Shown in pieces: positions 1-9,946 of a DNA stretch of 64,000 bases. The stretch lies in assembly GCA_046350755.1 (NCBI GenBank), contig JAXLZV010000001.1, forward strand, positions 544,823-608,822, written 5' to 3'. This DNA is from Candidatus Saccharimonadota bacterium. GTDB taxonomy: Bacteria > Patescibacteriota > Saccharimonadia > CAILAD01 > GCA-016700035. Within the stretch, counting starts at the first letter, position 1. Each line of letters begins with the position of its first letter. The notes under the pieces were generated by a model. That model searched no databases. It saw nothing but the letters and a program-made list of their open reading frames with translations, and was not told the DNA's origin. The position numbers and the translations under genes are program-made.

Positions 1-366
1 GTCTTCTTTTGTCGGCGCGCTTGGCTTGGGTGGTGGTGGAGCGTCGACGATCACCTCACCTTTATAGTCATCTTTCATCCAGGTGCGCTTACGGGGCATG
101 ACGGAGAAACGGATGAGGGCGATGAGATAGTTTTCAAAGCTCTGCTCCTCACGGCGACCGAAGGCCAGTAGAAACATAAAGCCGGAGATCGGTGTGACCA
201 GCACAACCATCATCAGGATGCCGACCGGTCCGCCACCCATAAAGAGTCGCCAGATGAGAAACGCCCAGGCCAGCCCGATGATGGCATAGATGAATTGCTT
301 CATCGTCAGCGGTCCAACGAGCTTGTCTTCACTTTCTACGTTCTGGGGAACTTTATATTGGCCCAT
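1..366 (-). CDS. PrgI-family membrane protein (truncated at window edge)
   Basis: Manual translation MGQYKVPQNVESEDKLVGPLTMKQFIY... plus 2 TM segments, typical PrgI N-terminus; ATG overlaps upstream stop (TAATG). Confidence 0.8.
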   Translation of the reverse strand, partial: MGQYKVPQNVESEDKLVGPLTMKQFIYAIIGLAWAFLIWRLFMGGGPVGILMMVVLVTPISGFMFLLAFGRREEQSFENYLIALIRFSVMPRKRTWMKDDYKGEVIVDAPPPPKPSAPTKED

Positions 367-3300
367 TACTCAGCTCCATCGATATCGACATCGTGTTCAC
401 CGGCGTTTTCTTCTATACCGGCAGACCGTTCAACTCCTCGCATGTACTCATCAAATTGCCCGTGCATACTTTCGGGCGCAGCATTTCTTGCAAGACGTAG
501 GGTTTTTAGGTCCTTCTTCAGTGAAAAAGTATCTACTCTTCCACTGGCAAGTTTTGCATCAATGTTGTCCATTTTGCGCATGATGTCATTGTAGCCATCG
601 AGGCCGCCGCTCGCTGCCATTTGTGTGCGTAGGCTACCAGACTGTTGGAAGACTTGTGATACGGAGGTGTTATTGACGATTGTGGTCGATCCCCCAGAAC
701 CGGAAGCAGCTGGTGGAGGCGAGCTAGTTGATCCACTGAAGCCACCTGAATCATATGATGAGCTACTACTCGAGGGACTAACGGATGTACCTGGGTTCAT
801 GGTAGTTCCGGCCATCCCGCGCACTGGAGAACCCGGGCGTCCTGTAGGTGGTGCAGGGGCGCTTGGTGAGGGTGGAGCAGATGGTGACGGAGGAATAGGC
901 CCGGTGTATGGAGGTGGAGTTGTAGGTCCTCCTGACCCTGGCCTTGGTGCTGGAGGAGGTCCTGGCATAGGTGGAGGTGGAGGCGATTGTGGGGTGGTGC
1001 CGCCTGCTGTTGGTCCATGGCCTGGACCGGGTGGTGGAGGGGCGGGAGTAGACCCAGACCCACCTGTTGACCCTGCATTTTGCTGACTGGAGTTAGTATA
1101 TCCAGAGAAACTACTGTTTTGGACAGCCCCATTAGTAGCAACTGAAAGTTTATCGAGCTGGTCAGCCGTGAAGTTGGATCTCACAGATGCAGTGTTCAGC
1201 TGATCAATCTGCCCCGATGTGAGACTGTTGAAGTGACCCGCTCTACTCATGCGTTCAATCGTTGATCCCTTCCATTCTGACATCTTTGTAGGCGCAACAG
1301 ATTTGATGTCAAATGACTTCACGGATCCAGTGGCGTCGTCTATTGAGGCGAATCCGGCGTCTGGAGCGAACTTACCAATATCACCCAAGTGAGGACCCGC
1401 AAGAGTGTTCCAGGCATCTGTTCCGGTTTTGTTTCCGCCCGACACAACGCCGGAGACCACCTTGCCGCTCGCGTCTGTTTCGACCGTGCCTCCAGAGATT
1501 GCTGCTCGGGCCTTTAAGATTCCATCCTCATTCTTTGCTTGGACAGATCGTTCAAGGGCGGCACTAAATCTAGCCCGATTTTTAGCACTTGATGGATTAG
1601 ATCGCAATGCTTCAGCGCTACTAAGTAGCTCTTTTTCAACCTGTTTGCTTCCCATATATTTTGAACGAGCTGCCTCGATTTCACCCTGCTCCTTTTCATA
1701 GCCAGCTGCAAGACGGGCGGCTTTGCGTTGTCCCTTACCTGCAGTAACACCACCCGCTAGACCAATTGCTGCCGCTTTTTGAGCGCGTGAAGCCAATGAA
1801 GCTCGTCGTTTCGATCCAGTAAAGTTGTCGTCACTGGCTTTTTCAGCATTTGCCGCTGATTTGTTGAGTAGACCAGCAGTGGTCCTGGACTGAAGGCCTT
1901 TAGCTCCGCTCATCGTCTTGTCGGTACCCCAGCCTTTAGCAGTCGTGGCTTTTGCGGCCATATACCCTGCCGCAGCCGCAAAGGCTTCCCCGCCCCACTT
2001 AAATGTCTTCGGGATCATAATGATGGCGATGAGAGGCGCCACCGCGGCGACAATGGCTGCCGTATCAGCCGATAGTGTGCCGTTTGGGTTGGCATTCAAG
2101 ATGACGTTTTGGAGAAAGATTGAGAGCGCTAACATCCCAGTGACAATCGGGAACATCATGAGGACTTTAATGAGGTTTTTCCACCATTTCTTAAACATGT
2201 TCTCCGTATTCGGCAGTACCCAGGCGAGAAATGCCAATGGAGCCAAGAGGACTAAGGCATAAATAATGATGACTCGCGTGATGAGCCCGGCTACCCCTAT
2301 GAGGAGCGCACCAAGTGCCACGAAAAGCAGGACAATCCAGAGAATAATCGCAGCTGAGCCCACCATAAAATCAAATTGCAAGCTATATGAAGCCACACCT
2401 GTCTGCCCGGAAAGAGAGGCAATGAATGACGGCACGGCATTACCAATAATATTAAAGAGGTCGACAAGAGTCTGGAGGATGAAGAACGAAGCAAAGGTCA
2501 GAAGGACGCCAACTGCTAATCTTGGAAGAGCACGTTTGATGGTATATGGGTCATAGCCGATGCCGTTACCGAAGATAATTAGCACGAAGACGATGATGTA
2601 TAGGCCGAGGGCAATATTACGAATCCCCTCCCACGCTCGATAGATCGGATCAGCTTGATCGGCATTGAGAGGCTTGATAGTGAGGAGCTCTACTAAAAAG
2701 CCCTTGCCAGAGCCATCTCCACCGATGAGGGCGTTTACTGCGCTGTTAGTGGCTTTCATAATCGGACAGAGTACAAAACCAATCGCACCGGCGTCGTCCG
2801 TACAGTTTTCATCTGAGTTTACGGCATCATCAATTGCCTTTTTCCACTGACTAATCTTCTCTGCTTCGGCTGCACTGGTGGGCTGCTGGAGAAAGCCATC
2901 CCTTCCGGCGAAACAGCGCTCGCCGGCTTTGGTTTCAAGACCGCACATAAAGTAGAACTTCTTGCCATCCGCGTTGAGAGCTGGGTATTCACCATCGGCA
3001 TTCACGTCTCCCTGCCAGTCATCTACTTGGCGCCATCCCCCATCAAGCTTATTGGTATTTGGATTGAGGAGACCACCCCAGCGGTAAGCGCGTTTTTGTC
3101 TCTCGATAATATCTAGTCCGGTACCACTCGACTTGTCGGCTGCAGGGTCGGTGAGGGCGGTTGCCTTATCGCCACTTTCGTTCAGTATTAAATACGAATC
3201 TACCCACTGACCATCAATCCGACGCTTAAATAGTGGTCCCTGCCCCAGTGCCACCGATTTATTTAGGTCGAAAAAGAATTCGACCCCTTCACCACAAGTG

Positions 3301-3473
3301 ATATAAGAGTCTGCCTCCCAGGCGCAACGAGTATCGCTTGATATATCGGCTGGTGTAGCTGCCTTTGCGGTACCAGTGGTGAATACTAAGGAGATAATGC
3401 TTATGAAAAAAAAGTAGGCAAAAGCTGCCCCAAGTATGTGAAACCACGATTTAAAATATTTCTGGGATGTCAC
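366..3473 (-). CDS. VirB6/TrbL-like polytopic membrane protein with Pro/Gly-rich C-terminal tail
   Basis: ORF 366..3725, likely GTG start near 3473; central hydrophobic block (LAPLAFLAWVLPNTENMFKKWWKNL) typical of CPR VirB6-like proteins; upstream of prgI. Confidence 0.7.
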   Translation of the reverse strand: MTSQKYFKSWFHILGAAFAYFFFISIISLVFTTGTAKAATPADISSDTRCAWEADSYITCGEGVEFFFDLNKSVALGQGPLFKRRIDGQWVDSYLILNESGDKATALTDPAADKSSGTGLDIIERQKRAYRWGGLLNPNTNKLDGGWRQVDDWQGDVNADGEYPALNADGKKFYFMCGLETKAGERCFAGRDGFLQQPTSAAEAEKISQWKKAIDDAVNSDENCTDDAGAIGFVLCPIMKATNSAVNALIGGDGSGKGFLVELLTIKPLNADQADPIYRAWEGIRNIALGLYIIVFVLIIFGNGIGYDPYTIKRALPRLAVGVLLTFASFFILQTLVDLFNIIGNAVPSFIASLSGQTGVASYSLQFDFMVGSAAIILWIVLLFVALGALLIGVAGLITRVIIIYALVLLAPLAFLAWVLPNTENMFKKWWKNLIKVLMMFPIVTGMLALSIFLQNVILNANPNGTLSADTAAIVAAVAPLIAIIMIPKTFKWGGEAFAAAAGYMAAKATTAKGWGTDKTMSGAKGLQSRTTAGLLNKSAANAEKASDDNFTGSKRRASLASRAQKAAAIGLAGGVTAGKGQRKAARLAAGYEKEQGEIEAARSKYMGSKQVEKELLSSAEALRSNPSSAKNRARFSAALERSVQAKNEDGILKARAAISGGTVETDASGKVVSGVVSGGNKTGTDAWNTLAGPHLGDIGKFAPDAGFASIDDATGSVKSFDIKSVAPTKMSEWKGSTIERMSRAGHFNSLTSGQIDQLNTASVRSNFTADQLDKLSVATNGAVQNSSFSGYTNSSQQNAGSTGGSGSTPAPPPPGPGHGPTAGGTTPQSPPPPPMPGPPPAPRPGSGGPTTPPPYTGPIPPSPSAPPSPSAPAPPTGRPGSPVRGMAGTTMNPGTSVSPSSSSSSYDSGGFSGSTSSPPPAASGSGGSTTIVNNTSVSQVFQQSGSLRTQMAASGGLDGYNDIMRKMDNIDAKLASGRVDTFSLKKDLKTLRLARNAAPESMHGQFDEYMRGVERSAGIEENAGEHDVDIDGAE

Positions 3474-3512
3474 GCTGTCAAAATTATACCAAAGACGGAT
3501 ATAATAAGCAGG

Positions 3513-4313
3513 ATGAAAAAAGTACTTCAGCTTTCTGTAGCCGTAATATGCATTTTGTTGGCAGTTGGTTTTGCTAGTTTCAATCTGCCACACGCGAAAG
3601 CAGCGATTCCAGCAGGGTGCCCAGGCGGCCCTGCTGGACCACCTGCCCCCGGAACTGATTGCACATCTGGAACTTATAATCCCCCAGGGAGTGCTACGAG
3701 CAGTAAAACTGATAGTCAGAATCAACAGTTCGTTGGCACATGTCGAGAGCTTCGTGATGCGGGCACAATTAATGCTACCGGTTTCGTCGCGTTTCTTTGT
3801 CCAAATGACGCTGCCGGTAATGCTGTCGAGGTAATTGTTGGGAATATCACGAACTACATAGTGGGGCTCGGTACATTTGTATTAATCCTGATTGTGGCAA
3901 TAGCTGGCGTACAGATAATGACCGGCGGCGCTTCACCTGAAGCCATTAAGGCTGGCAAACGACGTATGACCATGGCGTTATCTAGTATCGCCCTACTAGT
4001 AATGGGGCGAGTTGTTCTGCAGCTTATCGGCATCACGAGCGGTAGTTTTCTTGGGGTACCGGTCAGTACTGGATTCAATAAGGACACTATTCCAGCAATT
4101 ATTTCAGCTATCACTCAGTATGTGTTTTTCGCGGGTGGAGTACTGTCGATCGCAATGATCATCTACGGTGGTTTTGTGATGATTACCTCGGCCGGTAATC
4201 CGCAGCGCATTCAGTCGGCTCGTCGCGTAATCATGTATGCCGTGATTGGCTTAGCAGTTATGGTTTCAGCTGGGTTAATAGTTGGACTCGTTGGAAGAGC
4301 CCTAACGGGATAG
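3513..4313 (+). CDS. TrbC/VirB2-like pilin protein with two pilin domains
   Basis: Signal peptide; motifs IYGGFVMITSAGNPQRIQSARRVIMYAVIGL. Confidence 0.75.
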   Translation: MKKVLQLSVAVICILLAVGFASFNLPHAKAAIPAGCPGGPAGPPAPGTDCTSGTYNPPGSATSSKTDSQNQQFVGTCRELRDAGTINATGFVAFLCPNDAAGNAVEVIVGNITNYIVGLGTFVLILIVAIAGVQIMTGGASPEAIKAGKRRMTMALSSIALLVMGRVVLQLIGITSGSFLGVPVSTGFNKDTIPAIISAITQYVFFAGGVLSIAMIIYGGFVMITSAGNPQRIQSARRVIMYAVIGLAVMVSAGLIVGLVGRALTG

Positions 4314-4319
4314 TATGCT

Positions 4320-4844
4320 ATGAATTTTTTCACCTATATCGCTGATCTCCCTACTGCCCCCTCCGGACTCCCTGGTGGCCCAAGTAATCTTCAGGCCGCT
4401 ATCAATAACCTTTTCACGTTCGCCCTTTGGGCAATTGGGGTCGTGGCTGTAATTATGATTATCTACGCCGGCTTCATGTATATCATCTCGGCTGGTCGGC
4501 CGGACCGCACTAAGTTGGCTTTGCAGTCGCTCATCTACACTGCTGTTGGTTTTGGCATTGTGATCCTGGCGCGCTCAATCGTTGAGGCGATATTGCCAGT
4601 CGTAAAGGATCAGCCAAATATTCAAAGCGTGGTCACCGGTGGCATTAGCTTCTTTATGTGGGTGGTCGGCGTGGCAGCTACCATCATGGTGATTATCTCT
4701 GGTCTCTTCTACGTTACTTCGGGTGGCGATCCGGGCAGAACGAAAACTGCGAAGGATACCCTGCTCTACGCCGTGATTGGTCTCGGTATCGCTGTTCTTG
4801 CCGGTGGACTGATTACCTTTGTGCAATCGGCCCTGCAGCCGTAA
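4320..4844 (+). CDS. TrbC/VirB2-like pilin with tandem domains
   Basis: Two repeats of IIxGxxYxxSxGxPxRTKxA...YAxIG. Confidence 0.8.
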   Translation: MNFFTYIADLPTAPSGLPGGPSNLQAAINNLFTFALWAIGVVAVIMIIYAGFMYIISAGRPDRTKLALQSLIYTAVGFGIVILARSIVEAILPVVKDQPNIQSVVTGGISFFMWVVGVAATIMVIISGLFYVTSGGDPGRTKTAKDTLLYAVIGLGIAVLAGGLITFVQSALQP

Positions 4845-4977
4845 AACTGACCTTAAGCATAACTTTTTTTACTCGATTACTTGCTGATAGTGGTTATTCT
4901 CAAGTAGAATAATGGCGATAGCGCATGGCGTCAGCCACAATCGCTTGGCAATCATCATCTAAGGAGAGAATCAAACA

Positions 4978-5367
4978 ATGAGCGACGTAAAGACTTTATT
5001 AAAGAAGGGTTCACTAGCATTGGCCGGTAATGCCGTGATAGCCAGTGCAGCAGTTGGCCGCGCCTTGGCCGCTACCGACACTATCGAGGGTGGTGCACAA
5101 ACTGCCCAGGGTAATACCTCGGATATTCCGTTGACTACACAAATCGCAAATATCACCAACACCATGCTCTTCGCCATCGGTGTAGTAGCTGTCATCATGC
5201 TGATCGTCGGCGGTTTCCGCTACATTTTCTCGGGTGGTAATAGCCAAAGCGTTAATGCCGCTAAGGACACCATCCTCTACGCTGTTATCGGTATCGTGGT
5301 GGCTATCCTCGCCTACGCAATCGTCAACTTCATCCTAGGCCAATTCGGCGGCACGGCAGCTGGCTAA
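4978..5367 (+). CDS. TrbC/VirB2-like pilin (probable major pilin)
   Basis: IVGGFRYIFSGGNSQSVNAAKDTILYAVIG; SD AAGGAG upstream. Confidence 0.85.
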   Translation: MSDVKTLLKKGSLALAGNAVIASAAVGRALAATDTIEGGAQTAQGNTSDIPLTTQIANITNTMLFAIGVVAVIMLIVGGFRYIFSGGNSQSVNAAKDTILYAVIGIVVAILAYAIVNFILGQFGGTAAG

Positions 5368-5398
5368 GCACACTGATCGAAAAGGTTACGGACTCCTG

Positions 5399-5755
5399 AT
5401 GAATAAACTACTTCGCGTTATTCCTGCCCTGAGCTTGTCTCTTGGCCTTGGGGCAACTCGCGTACACGCTGCTTGTCAGGATCCGAGCACAGGCATTGAC
5501 GGCGGTGTGAGTTGTGCGCCGGCCGGCATTTCGCTCAGCCAAGGCATCACCAACACGGTAAATACTCTCCTGTTTATCGTCGGGGTAGCATCGGTGATTA
5601 TGATTATCGTCGGTGGCCTGCGCTACATCTTCTCTGGTGGTGATCCGAAGAACACGAGCGCCGCTAAAGACACCATCCTCTACGCTGTTGTAGGTGTCGT
5701 AGTAGCCATTCTCGCCTACGCGATCGTGAACTTTGTCTTGACCCGCTTCAGTTAA
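5399..5755 (+). CDS. TrbC/VirB2-like pilin
   Basis: Paralog of previous gene (RYIFSGGDPKNTSAAKDTILYAVVG). Confidence 0.85.
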   Translation: MNKLLRVIPALSLSLGLGATRVHAACQDPSTGIDGGVSCAPAGISLSQGITNTVNTLLFIVGVASVIMIIVGGLRYIFSGGDPKNTSAAKDTILYAVVGVVVAILAYAIVNFVLTRFS

Positions 5756-5775
5756 GCCGGCTGACATAGTTTCTT

Positions 5776-5803
5776 AAAAGGTGCCCCACCCGGGGCGCTT
5801 TTT
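5776..5803 (+). terminator. Intrinsic terminator after pilin operon
   Basis: AAAAGGTGCCCC-ACCC-GGGGCGCTTTT hairpin with T tract. Confidence 0.75.
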
Positions 5804-5836
5804 GGTTTACTCCTCGAGCTTGCTACAATAGTACTA

Positions 5837-7198
5837 ATGCTTAAGAAGATACTTATTATTCTTGCCGCCGTGGCAATTTTCGCTGGTGCAGGTATATTCC
5901 TCTATCTGGCGACCAAGCCCGAGAATACGAAGAGTGATAATCCGGGCATTGGGCAGATTCTTGCCCCAGCCGATAGCGAAAGTCGGGTTGTCTATGACGA
6001 ATCAAAACCCGTAAAACTCACCTACTGGCGGACTTGGAACGAGGCCAGTAAGATCCAGCCAATCATTGATGCTTTTCAGAAAAAGCATCCGAATGTGACG
6101 ATTGAAATCCGCGACTTCGACTACGGCAGCTATGACGTCGAGCTCACCAAAGCCGCTCAGACGGGTAATCTGCCCGATATCTACTCGGTATTAAACGATT
6201 GGCAGCCACGGTACGAAAGCTATGCTACGCCAGCTCCGGACACCGTCTATACCGAGAAGGTGTTTAAGGATGTGTTTGCTGACGCAGTGACAGCTCGACT
6301 ACTGCGTAACGGTAAAATTTACGGCACCACATACGGCCTGTCGACACTTGGGCTCTATTACAACCCCGCTCTACTTGATGAGGCGGGTGTGAAGCCACCG
6401 AAGAATTGGGATGAGTTTGTCGAGGCGAGTCGTAAGCTGACCAAGAAAACAGGTCCGGCTATCACGCAAGCTGGCGCCGCACTGGGCTGGGGTAATGGTG
6501 ATATTATTCACCAGGCTGGTGATATCGAGGCATTATTGATGCTGCAGAACGGGGCCAAGCTGACGGATGAGCCACCGACAAAGGCGACGTTTGCCGAACC
6601 GGACAGCACGGGCTACCCAGTCGGAGCGAAAGCGCTGGATTTTTATACTAGCTTTTCGCGTTCGTCGCTCCAAAATTATTCTTATCCTCAGGAGTTTGGC
6701 TATTCGGTCAGGTCGTTTGCCGAGGGAAAGGCAGCGATGATGTTGAACTATCCCTTCAAGGCGGCGGAAGTACGCCAGTTTAACCCCAATCTGAAATTTT
6801 CTTTTGCCGCTATGCCACAGGTCAAAGATGAGAAGGTGATCAATTTCGCACAGTTTTGGATCGAGATGGTGAATAAAAACTCGTCGAATTCTGAGATTGC
6901 TTGGGATTTCGTTCGTTTCGCCGCGACCCGCGATCAGCAGCTTACCTATAACAAAGCTACACTTCGCCCGACCAGCCGGAAGGACCTCGTGAAGGAGCAG
7001 GAAGCTAGCAGTGATCTCGGGGCTTTTGTGAAGCAGAACGAAACCGCGACAACTTTCTATCGTGGCAATGACAAAGAAATGAACGGTTATTTCTTCAGCG
7101 CCATTCAGAGCATTTATTCAGGGCTCGATGCGCGGCTCGCCGTGAATAATCTGCAGCGCCAAGCAACAGACATTATTGCCCGGTATCCTCAGCCGTGA
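5837..7198 (+). CDS. ABC transporter extracellular solute-binding protein (sugar-binding family 1)
   Basis: N-terminal anchor; FQKKHPNVTI, LYYNPALL, PPKNWDEF, FAEGKAAM motifs. Confidence 0.85.
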   Translation: MLKKILIILAAVAIFAGAGIFLYLATKPENTKSDNPGIGQILAPADSESRVVYDESKPVKLTYWRTWNEASKIQPIIDAFQKKHPNVTIEIRDFDYGSYDVELTKAAQTGNLPDIYSVLNDWQPRYESYATPAPDTVYTEKVFKDVFADAVTARLLRNGKIYGTTYGLSTLGLYYNPALLDEAGVKPPKNWDEFVEASRKLTKKTGPAITQAGAALGWGNGDIIHQAGDIEALLMLQNGAKLTDEPPTKATFAEPDSTGYPVGAKALDFYTSFSRSSLQNYSYPQEFGYSVRSFAEGKAAMMLNYPFKAAEVRQFNPNLKFSFAAMPQVKDEKVINFAQFWIEMVNKNSSNSEIAWDFVRFAATRDQQLTYNKATLRPTSRKDLVKEQEASSDLGAFVKQNETATTFYRGNDKEMNGYFFSAIQSIYSGLDARLAVNNLQRQATDIIARYPQP

Positions 7199-7452
7199 GT
7201 ACGAGGGTACGCACGATAGGCGGTTTTGTAATAGCCTATGGGTTAATTGGACTGGTGATTTTTATAGCTAGCCAGACGCCAATCTTTACCCGGCAAGAAA
7301 TATATGCACCGGCCTGTCTCCCTGGCCAAGATTGTGCGCTGGTCGAGCTGGCAGCTCGAGATGTGCTCACCCCGTGGTTTTATATCTTTGCTCTCGTCCT
7401 ACTGCTGACTCCGATAATTATCTATCTCATCAAGCGTCGCCATAAAAAATAA
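7195..7452 (+). CDS. Small 2-TM hypothetical protein
   Basis: ORF overlapping previous stop; two hydrophobic segments. Confidence 0.6.
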   Translation: MSTRVRTIGGFVIAYGLIGLVIFIASQTPIFTRQEIYAPACLPGQDCALVELAARDVLTPWFYIFALVLLLTPIIIYLIKRRHKK

Positions 7453-7479
7453 GCCCCGTGTGGGGGCTTATTTTTTATG
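7441..7479. terminator. Bidirectional terminator
   Basis: Inverted repeat CATAAAAAATAAGCCCC-GTGTG-GGGGCTTATTTTTTATG between convergent genes. Confidence 0.85.
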
Positions 7480-7491
7480 GGACTTGCAGCC

Positions 7492-7929
7492 CTATGAAGC
7501 GACTGGTTTGACCTTGATCTTTTTGACCTTATCTTCCTGAACTACCTTTGGTACGGTGACGGTCAGAACACCATCCTTGAGCGTGGCCTGGGCCTTCTCA
7601 GCGATCGTGGAAGTTGGCAAGATAATCGAGCGGGAGAACGATCCCCAGAAGCACTCCTGGACATAGTAGTGCTCTTTTTCGACAATGACTTCTTCCTTAC
7701 GGTCACCGCGGATGGTCATGACGTCTTCCGAGATCGCAATATCGATATCTTCTGAACGTACACCAGCAATTGGCGCCTTTACGACCACACTGTCTTTTGT
7801 TTGATATACGTCGACGGCAAGCTGCCCTTCAAATTCCTCTTCCCCCATCCACTCGTCTGAAGTGTTGGAAGTATCGTCGAGGAATTCGTCCTGCAAAATC
7901 TCTTCGTCTGGATTGTGCTTACGAGCCAT
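7492..7929 (-). CDS. Hsp20/alpha-crystallin small heat-shock protein
   Basis: LAVDVYQT...GSFSRSIILP...LKDGVLTVTVPK, C-terminal IKV motif; SD AAGGAG. Confidence 0.9.
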   Translation of the reverse strand: MARKHNPDEEILQDEFLDDTSNTSDEWMGEEEFEGQLAVDVYQTKDSVVVKAPIAGVRSEDIDIAISEDVMTIRGDRKEEVIVEKEHYYVQECFWGSFSRSIILPTSTIAEKAQATLKDGVLTVTVPKVVQEDKVKKIKVKPVAS

Positions 7930-8001
7930 TTGAAACTCCTTATCCTTTACTCCACCCAATACTAGCCGTATTATACTGGCGTCTTACAGGAGAGCGCAAG
8001 T

Positions 8002-8661
8002 TTGCTGAAAATTATTTCCAGATTACTGGTTCCAAGCCGTTGTATTTTATGCCACACCGAGGGCAGTGGGATATGTGATTCGTGCCGGCAAGTTGCTCTC
8101 GAGGCTCGGCCGAGTACGTGTTATCTCTGCAGCGCACTGACGAAAGACTCGCAAGTTTGTGCCAGTTGCCAGTGGCGAACGCCAGTGCGGCGGGCCCATG
8201 TGCTGTATCGGCTTGATGTGAGCGCAGAGGGCGTCGTCTACGGCCTCAAATACGACGGTCGCGAAGATGTTGCCAGGTCGCTTGCAAAAGTCCTCCAGGC
8301 GGCTGATTTGCCCTACTACGACGTCATTACCTTCGTGCCCGATACCGCTCAACGACGTCGTCAGCGTGGCTTTGTGGCACCACAGCTGCTGGCTCGCGAG
8401 CTGTCTCGGTTGTCACGGAAGCCGTATCTGGAGCTCTTGGAACGAAGTGACCATGTGCCGCAGGTTGGCGCAGGTCGACAGGCGCGCTGGCGTCAGGTGA
8501 AAGGAAACTTTCGTTATCGTAATGATGAAGTAATGCGCGACAAACGAGTCTTACTGATTGATGATGTGATCACTACCGGGGCGACGATTACTGAGTGTGC
8601 TAAGGAGCTGAAGCGTGGCGGGTCCGGTCCGGTCTACGCGGTTGCAGTAGCTAAAAAATAG
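8002..8661 (+). CDS. comF: ComF-family competence phosphoribosyltransferase-like protein
   Basis: N-terminal CxxC zinc ribbons; RRRQRGF; LLIDDVITTGAT. Confidence 0.9.
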   Translation: MLKIISRLLVPSRCILCHTEGSGICDSCRQVALEARPSTCYLCSALTKDSQVCASCQWRTPVRRAHVLYRLDVSAEGVVYGLKYDGREDVARSLAKVLQAADLPYYDVITFVPDTAQRRRQRGFVAPQLLARELSRLSRKPYLELLERSDHVPQVGAGRQARWRQVKGNFRYRNDEVMRDKRVLLIDDVITTGATITECAKELKRGGSGPVYAVAVAKK

Positions 8662-8664
8662 CCG

Positions 8665-9060
8665 TTAGTACGCCAAGACACACATGAGCGTAATAACCAC
8701 TGAGCTGAGATGCCAGAGTCCGTGGTGAACGTCATATTTATGATCTTTACCGGTCAAGAAGAAATAAAAGGCCACCGCGACGAAGACTAGTGCAGTAGCG
8801 AAATAGGGTTGGCGAAAGCCCGCCAAATAGAGGACATAGAGGTTTGCGGCGATCACCGAGTAGGCCAAAAATTTGTCGGTCTTTGCAAGCTGAGTCTCTT
8901 TTGTCAGGTGGTAGTAGAGCGACACGCTGGCCGCGAGGGCAATCAGCAGGCCATACCAGACTAAGCCCTTGTAGATCGCAATGGCTGCGGGTAGGTAGAA
9001 GGGCACATTACTCCAGATCGGAATGATAGTGCGATTGGTGAGCGAATAGGTTTTACTCAT
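8665..9060 (-). CDS. Small polytopic membrane protein (CREST/hemolysin III-like)
   Basis: SLYYH and HGLWH motifs in TM protein. Confidence 0.55.
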   Translation of the reverse strand: MSKTYSLTNRTIIPIWSNVPFYLPAAIAIYKGLVWYGLLIALAASVSLYYHLTKETQLAKTDKFLAYSVIAANLYVLYLAGFRQPYFATALVFVAVAFYFFLTGKDHKYDVHHGLWHLSSVVITLMCVLAY

Positions 9061-9113
9061 AATGGCTGTGCTTCATCATAGCAAATCTCAGTCAGTCAGA
9101 TAAAAAGCCACCA

Positions 9114-9728
9114 CTAAGGTTGTGGTGGCGTAATACTGCCCTCGAGGATCTCGCGCAGCACGCGTGAATACAGGGGGCGTTCGATTTCTTTGATGCGTTC
9201 GTGGAGCGTCGAGACTGTGTCATCTGGCTCGATGTGGACTTTCTCTTGAGCAATAATTGGCCCGGCGTCGAGCTCGGCGGTGGCGACATGGATAGTTGAT
9301 CCAGTCACCGTCTCACCGGCTTCGAGGGCGTCTGCGACTGCCCGTTCCCCTTTGTACTTCGGTAGCAGAGCCGGATGGATGTTGAGGAGTAGGCCGTTGT
9401 AGGTGCCAAAGAATTCGGGCGACAAGATCGTCATGAAGCCTGCCATGGCCGTAATGGTGATGCTGTAGCTGTTGAGCAGCTTGGCAATACCATTCGAGAA
9501 GCCGGTACGGTCGAAGTCAGGCTGGTCATCCCACTTTCGGGTAGTGTCCCAGCCCCAATCGATTCGGGCGTAGAGCTCGGTCGCAACGCCGGCGGTTTGC
9601 GCGATCTCGAGGCCACGACAAGGCTTCTCGGCCACGACTAGCGCGATTGGTAACTTGTCAGCCAGCATGCGCTCCAAGAGTGTACCGCTGCCAGAGACCA
9701 TGACGGCCAGTTTGTGTGTCTTATGCAT
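9114..9728 (-). CDS. purN: Phosphoribosylglycinamide formyltransferase-like protein
   Basis: VMVSGSGT, NIHPALLP, DAGPIIAQ motifs; SD GGAGG; the longer ORF call runs through a tRNA. Confidence 0.85.
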   Translation of the reverse strand: MHKTHKLAVMVSGSGTLLERMLADKLPIALVVAEKPCRGLEIAQTAGVATELYARIDWGWDTTRKWDDQPDFDRTGFSNGIAKLLNSYSITITAMAGFMTILSPEFFGTYNGLLLNIHPALLPKYKGERAVADALEAGETVTGSTIHVATAELDAGPIIAQEKVHIEPDDTVSTLHERIKEIERPLYSRVLREILEGSITPPQP

Positions 9729-9772
9729 GTGATTTCCTCCAGGTCCTTGTCGCGAATGGTTTCGCAACACAG

Positions 9773-9865
<93 letters not shown>

Positions 9866-9869
9866 GTGA

Positions 9870-9946
9870 TGGTGCGCCCGAAGGGATTCGAACCCCTGGC
9901 CTTTGGTACCGGAAACCAACGCTCTATCCAACTGAGCTACGGGCGC
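9870..9946 (-). tRNA. tRNA-Arg(CCG)
   Basis: GCGCCCG...TTGGT-TT-CCG-GT-ACCAA...GGGCGCACCA. Confidence 0.95.

Noticed and set aside
700-1080. GGT/GGA-rich repetitive DNA
   Set aside because: Explained by Pro/Gly codons of the VirB6-like tail; not a tandem repeat array.
3438-3725. Apparent long overlap of divergent virB6-like and pilin ORFs
   Set aside because: Artefact of longest-ORF calling; more plausible starts are 3473(-) and 3513(+).
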